DNA of 64,000 nt from NCBI GenBank assembly GCA_965228505.1, contig OZ245820.1, positions 2,681,336-2,745,335 on the forward strand, given 5' to 3'. A program made the translations under genes and the position numbers. Shown piece by piece: positions 9,841 through 19,630 of this stretch (positions within the stretch are counted from its first letter, which is position 1; every line of letters starts with the position of its first letter). The notes under the pieces were generated by a model that saw only the letters and a list, made by a program, of their open reading frames with translations, ran no database searches and had not been told where the DNA came from. The stretch is from Flavipsychrobacter sp. (lineage in GTDB: Bacteria > Bacteroidota > Bacteroidia > Chitinophagales > Chitinophagaceae).

Positions 9841-12819
9841 TTATTGTATCAGAGTTACGTTACCTTGTTTTTTGATCGTTCTTCCGGCCGGAGTTACAGC
9901 TTCTATAGTGTATATGTATACACCTGTAGGTTGTAGCTCTCCGTTGAAGGTTCCATCCCAACCCATGTCCGGGTCTGTGGTCTGGAATACTTTCGTGCCC
10001 CAGCGGTTGAAGATGCTGTAGTCTTTAACCTGTACATCTCCTCTCCTGATCAGCTTCAATGTGTTGTTGCTACGCATATGTGGTGAGAACGCATTGGGCA
10101 TATCTATATAGCTGTCCGTGTTCACCAACACATCAACACTGTCTGTTACACTACAACCGCCCTCTGTGCGTGCCTGTATCACATATCTTGTGTTCACTCC
10201 GGGGTTCACCAATGGATTGGCTATATCTGCACGGCTAAGGCCCAGTGGAGGGAACCAGCTATAGTACAGACAGTTGCCTCCCGGATCCATGCGGTAGCTC
10301 TCTCCGGGATACAGTGTCACTGTATCAGGAAGGTCCACTATCGCCCTCGGGCGTACTGTGATGAATATCTGATTGGTATCCAGACAACCCGTGCTGTCCT
10401 TTCCGTATACGGTGAACAACTGGTCGGTTACAGGATATACTTTCGGTTGCTCCGCACTCACACTGCTGATATTGAAATCAGGAGACCAGTAGAAGCTAGG
10501 GGCACCGTTCGCATTCATAGCGATCACGATAGAATCTCCCGGACAGATAGCCGTATCTCCGGGTAGTTCCAGGTAATCAGCAGGGAATACCTCTATGTTC
10601 ATTGACTCGCTCGCAGAACAACCGGCCTGTGCGGTTGTAGCTGTCAGCGTCAGTGTAGTCGTCCCTTCCTGATTGGCCGTAAAGATCGGGTCTAAACGGT
10701 CAGGATAATCCAGTGAAGCACCAGGGGCCCAGCCGTAGGTATAAAGGGTATAACTGTTAGGCTGTACCACTCCGTTCAGCTTCATCGTATCTCCGAAACA
10801 TAGGCTCGCATCGTTATTTACCGCTACGGTAGGCACAGGCTCTACGGTCACCATGAACTTAGCAACACTGTCAGGACAACCTGTGTAGCTTCCTCTCAGT
10901 ATCACTTCGTAGGTACCGGTATCGCCCGGTGTTACTGATGTTTGTAATGCTGCAGGGTTAGCAAAGGCTGCCGTGATATCAGAGGAGGTCCACTGGTAGG
11001 TATATGCTCCGTCACCGCTGGCCCTGGTCCTGATACCCTCGCCGATACAGATGGCCGTATCAGGATTCTCTACACTGAAGCCGTCCAGTATCGTTACCAC
11101 TGTAGTATCCAGTGATTTACACCTGTTAACATCTGAACCTACTTCTACATAATAAGTACGGTCGTTGTTCAGCAGTACCTGTGGTCTTTCCACAGTATCA
11201 CTGCTCAGGCCTGTAGCAGGCGTCCACTTAATGTCATATGTTGCTCCTGTCTGTCTGTTGATCTTAAGGTCAAGGAAGAATGGATTGCCCGGGCATCCGG
11301 TAGTATCATTCTGGCCTCCCATATCAGGGCCTTGCTCTACGGTGATCACTACCGTGTCTTTATTTGAATTAGCACAGTAGCTGTTCACTGTTGAAGTTAC
11401 CTGATAAGTTGTGGTTACTGTTGGTACCCCCGTAGGGCCTGCACCTGTTGCCGGCATGTTAGGGTCATTACCACTCAGTACTTCCCATTCATATTGGCCG
11501 CCGCCGTTCACGCCAAGAAATATCGGTTCTCCCTGACAGATACTCGTATCAGGTGATGCTTCTGTTTTAGGCCATACGTATAATGTGATATCACGTACAT
11601 ATGTTAACAGAATACCCGGAGGCTTACAGGTGGAGTCACGGATCGTCAACTGGAAGCTCTGGGTCTTACCCGCATCTGCTGCTGTTGGTGTCCATGAAAA
11701 ACAGAACCTCAATGAGTCTGTTCCCTGATTGCTATATGAAGTACTGGCTCCATTGATAGAGATGCCCGGCTGGCCAAGGTTATCACCTGCCAGTATGATA
11801 GCATCGGTATCTGTAGCCACAATGTCAAAACAGAAATCCATCGGTTGTCCCACACATCCGCGGAAGATACCATTCAGTAATCCGAGTTTGGTAGTATCTA
11901 TCTGCGGGGTATCCAGTGCCGGTGCCTGTGTAGAACAAGGAATCACCTGTACCTGCACATCACGCATGATAGAACCTATCTGCTGGTTGTTACGATATTC
12001 ATCGGTACGGATGGTCAGTGCATGCGCACCTTGCTGGCCCGCCTGAAAGCTCATCTGGCCTGTAAGCGGGTTCAACGCAAATGTGTTATTGGTCTGGAAA
12101 GGGTTATTAGTGAAGTTGATAGCTGGTGACAATGTCCTTAAGCCTACCTGAGTTCCGGGGCCTTGACAACCACCTGAAGTAAGTGGCCTCATCAACTGAG
12201 TATATAATGAATCACCATCAGAATCACGAGCACCGTTATTGTAAGTATAAGGCTGGTTCAAACATACATACGGAATCGGTTTGATCGCGTAAAATGGTGA
12301 TGAATTGACCCAGGACACAGTACTGTTGAACGTGGTTTCAACATAAAGATTACCACCGGTAATATTCTGGCTTCCGTTACGTGCGTTAATAGAAGTGGAG
12401 AAACGCCATGAGTTACACTTCAAAGGCAGGGTCTCTATCCAGGTATACCACCACTCTCGGTAACCCGGCAGCGATGATGAACTGTTGATACACCTGTTGG
12501 GATACTGCGAACAACCTGCTGATACAGGAGATCCGTTAGACCTGTTATCAGGAGGCAATGTACCTGTCCACTTCTGCATTGTACGGGTAAAGGTCTGGTT
12601 GGTACAGTTGTTATAGATACAAAGCTGTACAGTACCGGGCTCTGAAATACCTGTACAATCACGATAAAACTTATAGAAGAACTGATAAGTTGAATCACTG
12701 ATGTGTACGTAAATGATCTCTCCACCTGCGGCGTGCGATGCTTTTGCCGTATTAGTAGTTCCAACAAAAGCAAATGTCAGACACACCAAGAACGCTAAAG
12801 AAAGTATTCTTTTTATCAT
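9841..12819 (-). CDS. large secreted adhesin-like protein with T9SS type-B C-terminal sorting domain (paralog of 6557-9775)
   Basis: 992 aa with a signal peptide. The C-terminus is ...MPNAFSPH...YSIFNRWGTKVF...GWDGTFNG...GVYIYTIEA. There are at least five repeats of the D(T/A)xIC.G(D/E)...Y.W type. The N-terminal domain aligns with the neighbouring gene. Confidence 0.85.
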   Translation of the reverse strand: MIKRILSLAFLVCLTFAFVGTTNTAKASHAAGGEIIYVHISDSTYQFFYKFYRDCTGISEPGTVQLCIYNNCTNQTFTRTMQKWTGTLPPDNRSNGSPVSAGCSQYPNRCINSSSSLPGYREWWYTWIETLPLKCNSWRFSTSINARNGSQNITGGNLYVETTFNSTVSWVNSSPFYAIKPIPYVCLNQPYTYNNGARDSDGDSLYTQLMRPLTSGGCQGPGTQVGLRTLSPAINFTNNPFQTNNTFALNPLTGQMSFQAGQQGAHALTIRTDEYRNNQQIGSIMRDVQVQVIPCSTQAPALDTPQIDTTKLGLLNGIFRGCVGQPMDFCFDIVATDTDAIILAGDNLGQPGISINGASTSYSNQGTDSLRFCFSWTPTAADAGKTQSFQLTIRDSTCKPPGILLTYVRDITLYVWPKTEASPDTSICQGEPIFLGVNGGGQYEWEVLSGNDPNMPATGAGPTGVPTVTTTYQVTSTVNSYCANSNKDTVVITVEQGPDMGGQNDTTGCPGNPFFLDLKINRQTGATYDIKWTPATGLSSDTVERPQVLLNNDRTYYVEVGSDVNRCKSLDTTVVTILDGFSVENPDTAICIGEGIRTRASGDGAYTYQWTSSDITAAFANPAALQTSVTPGDTGTYEVILRGSYTGCPDSVAKFMVTVEPVPTVAVNNDASLCFGDTMKLNGVVQPNSYTLYTYGWAPGASLDYPDRLDPIFTANQEGTTTLTLTATTAQAGCSASESMNIEVFPADYLELPGDTAICPGDSIVIAMNANGAPSFYWSPDFNISSVSAEQPKVYPVTDQLFTVYGKDSTGCLDTNQIFITVRPRAIVDLPDTVTLYPGESYRMDPGGNCLYYSWFPPLGLSRADIANPLVNPGVNTRYVIQARTEGGCSVTDSVDVLVNTDSYIDMPNAFSPHMRSNNTLKLIRRGDVQVKDYSIFNRWGTKVFQTTDPDMGWDGTFNGELQPTGVYIYTIEAVTPAGRTIKKQGNVTLIQ

Positions 12820-12993
12820 AACTGAAGTTATTACCTGTTTATTTATACCTAATATATCTTACAAAATAAAAATAAATATTAACAAATATAAGGCTTACAT
12901 GGTTTTTTTCGGGATTTAGTATTAATGGCTTTTATATTAATAATAAATATTACATATATAAGCAATCTACATTAGTAGACATGAAAATATATA

Positions 12994-14010
12994 TTAAGGT
13001 TGGTTTAACAATCTTAAAGATTCTAAATTATCTCTAACCATCTCAGCATCAATGCATTTCATACAATTAAAATGCTTTTTCGGGCATTTGTTATACCCTA
13101 TCTTACTACAGGGCCTACATGACAATTTATTATTCTCTAATATGATTGATTCACTACTCACAACATCCTTCAAATTATTATTTCCGTAATACGGGAACAT
13201 ACCCATTTCCGGAGTAGTGTTTCCCCATAGAGATATTACCTTTTTTTTGTAAGCTGCTGCCACATGCATTAAACCTGTATCGTTTGTAATGACTTGTTGC
13301 GCAAATTTGATCAGGCTTGCAGATTCATTAATACTAAACTTACCACAGGAATTGTAAACTTTGACATTATCAACTGCTGCTATCTCATCACCTTCTCCTT
13401 TGTCATCGGGGCCGCCCAGCAATATGATAGGATATGGAGATATACGGCAGAATTCTTTCCAGTTTTCAACAGGGTATTTTTTGGTATTATAAGAGCCGCC
13501 AATAACGCAAGCTATATAACCAGCCCAATGGCTCATAGGAATGTCTTTGTTTGTAACCTCCTCCTCTTTGGTAATAAAATAGTCTAGCCCTTTACCGTCA
13601 TTTTTTACGCCCAGTGTTCTAACAGCTTCAAAATAGCGGCTCACAATACTTTTGTCAGGTAGAATATTGATCTTGAAATTGACGTACAACCACTTTTTAA
13701 AATTCAACTTAGGGAATGAAAAACTCTCGCACTTAAGATTTTGTTTAATACGAAGACTGCGCAAATTTTTATGCAAGTCGATAATATAATCGTACTTCTC
13801 TTTTTTAAGGTCACGTATCAGTTCTTCAAAATTATCCTCCAGATAGTAATGCTTGTCTATATAAGGACTATTAGCTACAACAGGCCTGAAGGCAGACTTT
13901 GTAAGGTAGTGTACTTTGACATTCGGCAGCTGCTGCTTTAAACAACGCACAACCGGGCTGGTCAATACTATATCACCAATAGAAGAAAAGCGTACTATCA
14001 GTACTTTCAT
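12994..14010 (-). CDS. glycosyltransferase family 9 (heptosyltransferase-like)
   Basis: 338 aa. The N-terminus MKVLIVRFSSIGDIVLTSPVVRCLK and the ...NDTGLMHVAAA... motif are typical of GT9. Confidence 0.8.
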   Translation of the reverse strand: MKVLIVRFSSIGDIVLTSPVVRCLKQQLPNVKVHYLTKSAFRPVVANSPYIDKHYYLEDNFEELIRDLKKEKYDYIIDLHKNLRSLRIKQNLKCESFSFPKLNFKKWLYVNFKINILPDKSIVSRYFEAVRTLGVKNDGKGLDYFITKEEEVTNKDIPMSHWAGYIACVIGGSYNTKKYPVENWKEFCRISPYPIILLGGPDDKGEGDEIAAVDNVKVYNSCGKFSINESASLIKFAQQVITNDTGLMHVAAAYKKKVISLWGNTTPEMGMFPYYGNNNLKDVVSSESIILENNKLSCRPCSKIGYNKCPKKHFNCMKCIDAEMVRDNLESLRLLNQP

Positions 14011-14071
14011 CGAAGCAACCTAATAAATAATTAATTGTCTTCAACAGAGAATTATAAACTAATGTTGATAA

Positions 14072-15085
14072 CTAGAATGTGGGTGCATATTTCAGCTCAC
14101 ACCATGTTCTGTCTTCAGGAACTAATAACTCTTCTTTAGCGCCATTACTGATACCTATCACAGCACCGTGGTATTGCTTGGTATTAGGTAGAGGGCCTAA
14201 TACTTTAGCATATACTGTTTTGTCTGTACCGGGATTATATATTTTGATGATCGTTCCTCTCTGAGCGGTATTGTGAAATGCGTAGTACGTTTTTATGCTT
14301 TGCACTTTCCCTTTCATATCAAAAAATACTGCAGTGCCTTTTTCTTCACTGACAGTCTCTTCATTGCTGGTTTGCCACATGTACTTTTTCTCAATTTCAG
14401 AAAGTGTATCAAGAGGCTTTTTCTTAATTATGATAATGGTCTCGTTAGGATTATCTCCCTGCTTTCTTATAACCTCAGTTAACTCATTTATAGAAGTGAC
14501 CTTTTTTTCAGCACTAGCCTGTTGCTTGTTGTTTATATCGTTAACAGCACTACTTCCGGCAACTGCTTCATCCTGTTCAGCTAAAGATGATTCAGTTACA
14601 GTATGGTCATACATTACCCAACCAACAAAAAGCCTCATACCTTCAGTAATATAATTATTCTCCATACCATTCCACTGTTGCATTAATTTTTGCTGCACCC
14701 CTGAAACATGTGCTATACGAAAAAGGTTATCATACTGCTGAACATCATAATACAGAGCCTTGTGATTGTACTCATCATTCGGATCTTCTGTAACCTGATT
14801 ATAAGCTCCAAGTGGGATGTATAAAATAGAATCTTCACTAAGACCGGACTGATAGCTCATATTATTTAAGTCGGCAACCAAAGCAGGCGGCACATGAAAT
14901 CGGCGCGCTAACATGAATAATGTCTCTCCCTTTTTAACCTTGTGCCTTATTGCCCAGTTGTCATCATAAAACACCACTTTCAATGAATCTTTTTCAGGAG
15001 ACTCATCATCATAAACAACCTTCATCTGGGCATAAAGCGGGAGCATATATGTAATGAATACGATACTTAATATTATCCTCAACAT
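14072..15085 (-). CDS. LysM-domain peptidoglycan-binding protein with RlpA-like C-terminal region
   Basis: 337 aa with a signal/anchor. It has two LysM-like segments (HKVKKGETLFMLARRFHVPPALVADLN; YDVQQYDNLFRIAHVSGVQQKLMQQWN). The C-terminal part resembles a double-psi beta barrel (GTIIKIYNPGTDKTVYAKVLGPLP). Confidence 0.65.
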   Translation of the reverse strand: MLRIILSIVFITYMLPLYAQMKVVYDDESPEKDSLKVVFYDDNWAIRHKVKKGETLFMLARRFHVPPALVADLNNMSYQSGLSEDSILYIPLGAYNQVTEDPNDEYNHKALYYDVQQYDNLFRIAHVSGVQQKLMQQWNGMENNYITEGMRLFVGWVMYDHTVTESSLAEQDEAVAGSSAVNDINNKQQASAEKKVTSINELTEVIRKQGDNPNETIIIIKKKPLDTLSEIEKKYMWQTSNEETVSEEKGTAVFFDMKGKVQSIKTYYAFHNTAQRGTIIKIYNPGTDKTVYAKVLGPLPNTKQYHGAVIGISNGAKEELLVPEDRTWCELKYAPTF

Positions 15086-15123
15086 ATGCTTATTGAATCT
15101 TCAGATGCATTAAAATACAATAA

Positions 15124-16488
15124 TTATGCCCAATCAGCATCATTTATTTCCATACGGATACGCCAGTTTTTAGGCAGGTAATTATTAATACGGTTACCAA
15201 GTGCTTTTATCCAACCAATGCCAAGCCCATTATAGCATACAACGTACCATCCTTTCTTAAGGCCGTCTAATTCGGGGGCTTCTTTTTTTAAAAACTTTAA
15301 CGCTTGCTCTTTATTAAGATCTACTTTCTTTATAGCTGTAGATAATGACACGCTTAGGGCAACATCATGTGACGGCAACCAGTCTTTCTTTGTCGGTACA
15401 CCAAGCGATGTTCCTGTTTTTCGTAGATACAGATGTTTTTTCAGCAGATGGTAGTCGGCCTCATGAACCGGCTCTATGGCTATATAATCCTGTTCAGTAG
15501 ACAGGCATAAAAAATCGGTGTTTAATAAATAACTGCACTGATCATAGGATTTCTTATCGTGGGCATATTTATACTTAACCGGCTTGATTGCACCTGTATC
15601 TTCTTTTTTTCTCACTGCTGACATAAACAGGCCCTCCCCTTTTACTTTGCCGGAGAAAAAACGATAACCTGTTAATTTATTTTTCTCAGAAAGTGTTTCT
15701 TCTATACCCCAATTATCTTCAACGCTTATCTGCAAGCTATCTAACTTGAAGGTTGAGCCTAACCAGTCAAGAACATCTTCATTTTCCTCAACGGAATAAG
15801 AACAGGTAGAATATATCAGTACTCCATCTTCTTTTAAAGAAGGCCATATATCAGCAAGTATCCTTTGCTGTCTTTGGCTGCAAAGGGCTACGTTATTTTC
15901 GCTCCATTCGTCTATGGCTTTTTCATCTTTCCGAAACATGCCCGAACCACTGCAAGGGGCATCAACTACTATCACATCAAAATAACCTGTAAGCTTTTTG
16001 AAGCTACCCGGATCATTGCTGGCAACCCATGTATTCATATAACCCCAGCGAGTGATATTCTCTTCCAGTATAGATGCTCTGCTCCTGATCACTTCATTAC
16101 ATATCAAGAGACTATCATCTTCTAATAATGAGGCGATCAATGTGCTTTTACCACCAGGTGCAGCACAAAGGTCTAATACTCTCAGTCCGCTCCTGTCTGG
16201 CAGTAATTGCCTGAGCATATGATCGAGGAACATGCTTGATGCCTCCTGTACATAATAGGCTCCACTATGAAATAAAGGGTCGACTGTAAAGACGGGACGT
16301 TCCTCAAGATACCTGCCTGTAGCACACCAAGGCACAACTTCAGTGCCCAATTGTATACCCTCAGTTTTTTGAGGGTGCAATCTAATGGAAACCGGGACAG
16401 TTTCACCATGAGCATTAAGGAACCATTCCTTATCAAAACCTTTCACATCGTTCAGGCTCTTGAGTAATTGCTCAGGTATTTGTTTCAA
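15124..16488 (-). CDS. RsmB/RsmF-family rRNA cytosine-C5 methyltransferase
   Basis: 454 aa with SAM motif DLCAAPGGKST and catalytic region VVDAPCSGSGMFRK. The apparent start is TTG. Confidence 0.8.
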   Translation of the reverse strand: MKQIPEQLLKSLNDVKGFDKEWFLNAHGETVPVSIRLHPQKTEGIQLGTEVVPWCATGRYLEERPVFTVDPLFHSGAYYVQEASSMFLDHMLRQLLPDRSGLRVLDLCAAPGGKSTLIASLLEDDSLLICNEVIRSRASILEENITRWGYMNTWVASNDPGSFKKLTGYFDVIVVDAPCSGSGMFRKDEKAIDEWSENNVALCSQRQQRILADIWPSLKEDGVLIYSTCSYSVEENEDVLDWLGSTFKLDSLQISVEDNWGIEETLSEKNKLTGYRFFSGKVKGEGLFMSAVRKKEDTGAIKPVKYKYAHDKKSYDQCSYLLNTDFLCLSTEQDYIAIEPVHEADYHLLKKHLYLRKTGTSLGVPTKKDWLPSHDVALSVSLSTAIKKVDLNKEQALKFLKKEAPELDGLKKGWYVVCYNGLGIGWIKALGNRINNYLPKNWRIRMEINDADWA

Positions 16489-16498
16489 GTATTAAGCT

Positions 16499-17848
16499 TT
16501 AGTAATCAAAGTCGATGCCGGTATAGTTATGTGGTGTAATAGCTTTCAACTCTTTTTTAACACCAGCGGACACTTTGAGTGTTTTGATGAACTCATGAAT
16601 ATCCTGCTTTGTGATACTTGTTTTACCACGTGTCAGCTCTTTCAATGCCTCATACGGTTTAGGATAGTTTTCTCTGCGGAGAATTGTTTGAATAGCTTCT
16701 GCTACCACAGCCCAGTTATCTTCCAAATCATCTTTCAGTTTATTCTTGTTCAATAGTAGTTTACCCAAGCCTTTCTCCAGACTTTTTAATGCCAGGTAAC
16801 TATGCGCCAGTGGCATACCCACATTACGCAATACTGTGCTGTCTGTCAGGTCGCGCTGCAAACGGCTTACAGGCAGTTTGGCCGAAAGATGTTCGTATAA
16901 CGCATTAGCTATTCCAAGGTTACCTTCTGCATTTTCAAAATCTATCGGGTTTACTTTATGAGGCATAGCGCTACTACCCACCTCACCTTTTTTAGTTTTT
17001 TGCTTGAAGTACTCCATAGAGATATACGTCCATACATCTCTGGCAAAATCTACAAGAATATTATTGATGCGTTTCAGCGCATCAAACTGGGCAGCGATAT
17101 TGTCATAATGCTCAATTTGCGTAGTGAACTGCATACGCTCCAATCCAAGCTTACGCTCTACAAAATCGTTACCGAATTTTTCCCAATCACTATCAGGGAA
17201 CGCTACTTTGTGTGCATTGAAGTTCCCTGTTGCTCCACCAAACTTGGCCGCGTATGGAATATTCGACAACAAATACATCTGCCCTTCGAGCCTCTCAACG
17301 AACACCATCCACTCCTTACCCAGAGTAGTAGGAGAAGCAGGTTGCCCGTGCGTGCGTGCCAGCATAGGTATCTCTTTCCATTCTGACGCCATCTCTCTAA
17401 GCTGTTGCTCCAGCTCCTCCAACATAGGCAGGTACTGTTCTTCCAGTGCTTCTTTCCACAGAAGGGGTATTGCCGTATTATTAATATCCTGAGATGTCAA
17501 TCCGAAGTGTACCCACTCCAATGTATCTTCAGCACCTAACTCACTAAGCTTTTCTTTCAGGAAATATTCAACCGCCTTTACATCATGGTTGGTTACCTTC
17601 TCAATATCTTTTATTTGTTGGGCATCAGCTTCAGAAAAGTCGTTGTACAATGCTCTGAGCCTTGCAGGCTTGATAGCAGCAGGTAGTTTGAATACTTTTC
17701 TTTCAGCAAGAAAGAGATAGTACTCTACCTCTACCCTGACCCTGTACCTGATCAGGCCATATTCTGAGAAATATGCTGCTAAATTGGCTAATTGCTTCCT
17801 GTAACGCCCGTCTATTGGGCTGATAGCCGTAAGGGGTGATAATTCCAT
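16499..17848 (-). CDS. purB: adenylosuccinate lyase
   Basis: Fumarate-lyase signature GSSAMPHKVNP. The N-terminus is ...PIDGRYR. The track start at 17857 is TTG, and the ATG at 17848 (MELSPL) is more likely. Confidence 0.9.
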   Translation of the reverse strand: MELSPLTAISPIDGRYRKQLANLAAYFSEYGLIRYRVRVEVEYYLFLAERKVFKLPAAIKPARLRALYNDFSEADAQQIKDIEKVTNHDVKAVEYFLKEKLSELGAEDTLEWVHFGLTSQDINNTAIPLLWKEALEEQYLPMLEELEQQLREMASEWKEIPMLARTHGQPASPTTLGKEWMVFVERLEGQMYLLSNIPYAAKFGGATGNFNAHKVAFPDSDWEKFGNDFVERKLGLERMQFTTQIEHYDNIAAQFDALKRINNILVDFARDVWTYISMEYFKQKTKKGEVGSSAMPHKVNPIDFENAEGNLGIANALYEHLSAKLPVSRLQRDLTDSTVLRNVGMPLAHSYLALKSLEKGLGKLLLNKNKLKDDLEDNWAVVAEAIQTILRRENYPKPYEALKELTRGKTSITKQDIHEFIKTLKVSAGVKKELKAITPHNYTGIDFDY

Positions 17849-18014
17849 ATACTGCAAAGATAATACAAGTGTTGGTAGGTTGATATAGACTAAAACTAAG
17901 CTATCATGAATCTACTATAATAAGACTCCTGCCTATGATCTTTATATTTATTATCAACATAATTTTGCTGCAAAATATTACTCTGAACATACCTAATCTG
18001 GCAAACTGAACACC

Positions 18015-18491
18015 ATGACAAAGGTTTATTATCTTAAACTCATACTGCTAGTTCTACTCTGCTCTTGTTTTAAAGAGGAGCAAACAATATATAAAGCGTA
18101 CATAAGCAATGGCTCTGCACATAAAATTGACATACTGCCCTACAAAGGCGGGTATGTTTTCACTCAAAAAGCAATAAAGCTACAGCCAAATGAAAGTATC
18201 CAAGTAGCAGATGGCTGGCGAAGAGGTAAAAGTGGAAATGCAGGTTTTAGCTCAGAATACTTCTATGATATTGACTCAGCAGTAGTAGTATTTGATGATA
18301 CATATAAAGTGTCTCATTACGTAGAAAATCCAAATAGTTATTCAACTAATTTTTATGAATATTTTACTATTGGAAATATACTCAATAGTGCAACATATGA
18401 ATATGAATACGAAGATAAAAACAAACATTCAAGACATCAGACATATACCTACGAGTTCACAGATAGTGATTATGAGTTTGCAAAACAATAA
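18015..18491 (+). CDS. hypothetical lipoprotein
   Basis: 158 aa with lipobox LLLVLLCSC. I recognise no family. Confidence 0.5.
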   Translation: MTKVYYLKLILLVLLCSCFKEEQTIYKAYISNGSAHKIDILPYKGGYVFTQKAIKLQPNESIQVADGWRRGKSGNAGFSSEYFYDIDSAVVVFDDTYKVSHYVENPNSYSTNFYEYFTIGNILNSATYEYEYEDKNKHSRHQTYTYEFTDSDYEFAKQ

Positions 18492-18512
18492 TAAATCTCA
18501 TTAACAATAATT

Positions 18513-19052
18513 CTATTGCAGCTTAAATTGTTCTCTTGTAAGTTTCCATCTTGTTACGGGTTGCTCAAAGTTGAGAAATCCGGGTGTGGTTACATATTCT
18601 TTCTCTAACTGAAACCCCAACTTTGCTAGTGTTTTATTCGGGGCTGGATTTAAAGCGTAAGGTTCACAATAAATGGTTTCAAGGTTTAAGTTGTTGAAGA
18701 AGTATGGCAGGCTCATTTTTACTAATTGCTCGCCATAGCCTTTCTTCCTGATGGTTTTATCCCAAATATGCAGGTGCATGTAGGCCTCTTTACCAAACAC
18801 TATTTTATTCACATTACAATGCCCTATAGCTTTACCGTCTGCCTCCCAAATGGTTGCATAAGACTGCTTATCTTCAATGGGTGCATCCAACTGCGATCGC
18901 AACATTTCATACCAGAACTCTCTTGCAGGTAACTTACTCAACTCTACCCCCATACTTTCCATAAAAGCAGGGTCAGACTCCAGCCAATAGTTAGCTATGA
19001 GCTCAATATCCTGTTGCTCTATTTCACGAACCGATAGTTTCATTACTTCCAT
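18513..19052 (-). CDS. GNAT family N-acetyltransferase (RimJ/RimL-like)
   Basis: 179 aa. The pattern ...HLHIWDKTIRKKGYGEQLV... is typical of GNAT_3-type acetyltransferases. An alternative start lies at 19043. Confidence 0.75.
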   Translation of the reverse strand: MEVMKLSVREIEQQDIELIANYWLESDPAFMESMGVELSKLPAREFWYEMLRSQLDAPIEDKQSYATIWEADGKAIGHCNVNKIVFGKEAYMHLHIWDKTIRKKGYGEQLVKMSLPYFFNNLNLETIYCEPYALNPAPNKTLAKLGFQLEKEYVTTPGFLNFEQPVTRWKLTREQFKLQ

Positions 19053-19630
19053 TTGATGTTACAACCTACACTTGGTTTTTGAGGAGCATCATATGTTTTA
19101 CCATCCAATAAAGCATCCAACGCAGCACGCATATCGCTACCAGTAACGGGTATACCATTGCCGGGCCTTGAGTCATCTAACTGCCCGTGATAGAATGCTT
19201 CCAATTGCGCATCGAATATATACAGATCAGGAGTGCAGGCTGCATCGTAAGCTTTTGCTACATCCTGAGTTTCATCATATAGATATGGGAAAGGATAGCC
19301 TAGTTTTTGCGCTTGCTCTTTCATTTTATCAGGTCCGTCTTGTGGATAATTCTCAACATAATTACTACTGATAGCTACAAAACCTATGCCTTTGCCTTTA
19401 TAGTCATTAGCTAAATCAATCAGTCCCTGATTAACATGCAGTACGTACGGACAGTGATTACAAATGAACATGATCACAGTGCCGTTTTCTCCCTTTACAT
19501 CATTCAATGACAACACTTTGCCTGACACTGTATCAGGCAATGTAAATTCAGGTGCTTTTGTGCCCAACCCTATAGTATTTGATGGTGTTAGTGCCATATT
19601 GTGATCGTTTTTATACTGAGTACTTGTCAA
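19043..19630 (-). CDS. thioredoxin-fold (AhpC/TSA-like) protein
   Basis: 195 aa with redox motif CNHCPYV. An internal ATG at 19597 (MALTPSN) would remove the 20-nt overlap with the upstream gene and may be the true start. Confidence 0.7.
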   Translation of the reverse strand: MTSTQYKNDHNMALTPSNTIGLGTKAPEFTLPDTVSGKVLSLNDVKGENGTVIMFICNHCPYVLHVNQGLIDLANDYKGKGIGFVAISSNYVENYPQDGPDKMKEQAQKLGYPFPYLYDETQDVAKAYDAACTPDLYIFDAQLEAFYHGQLDDSRPGNGIPVTGSDMRAALDALLDGKTYDAPQKPSVGCNIKWK

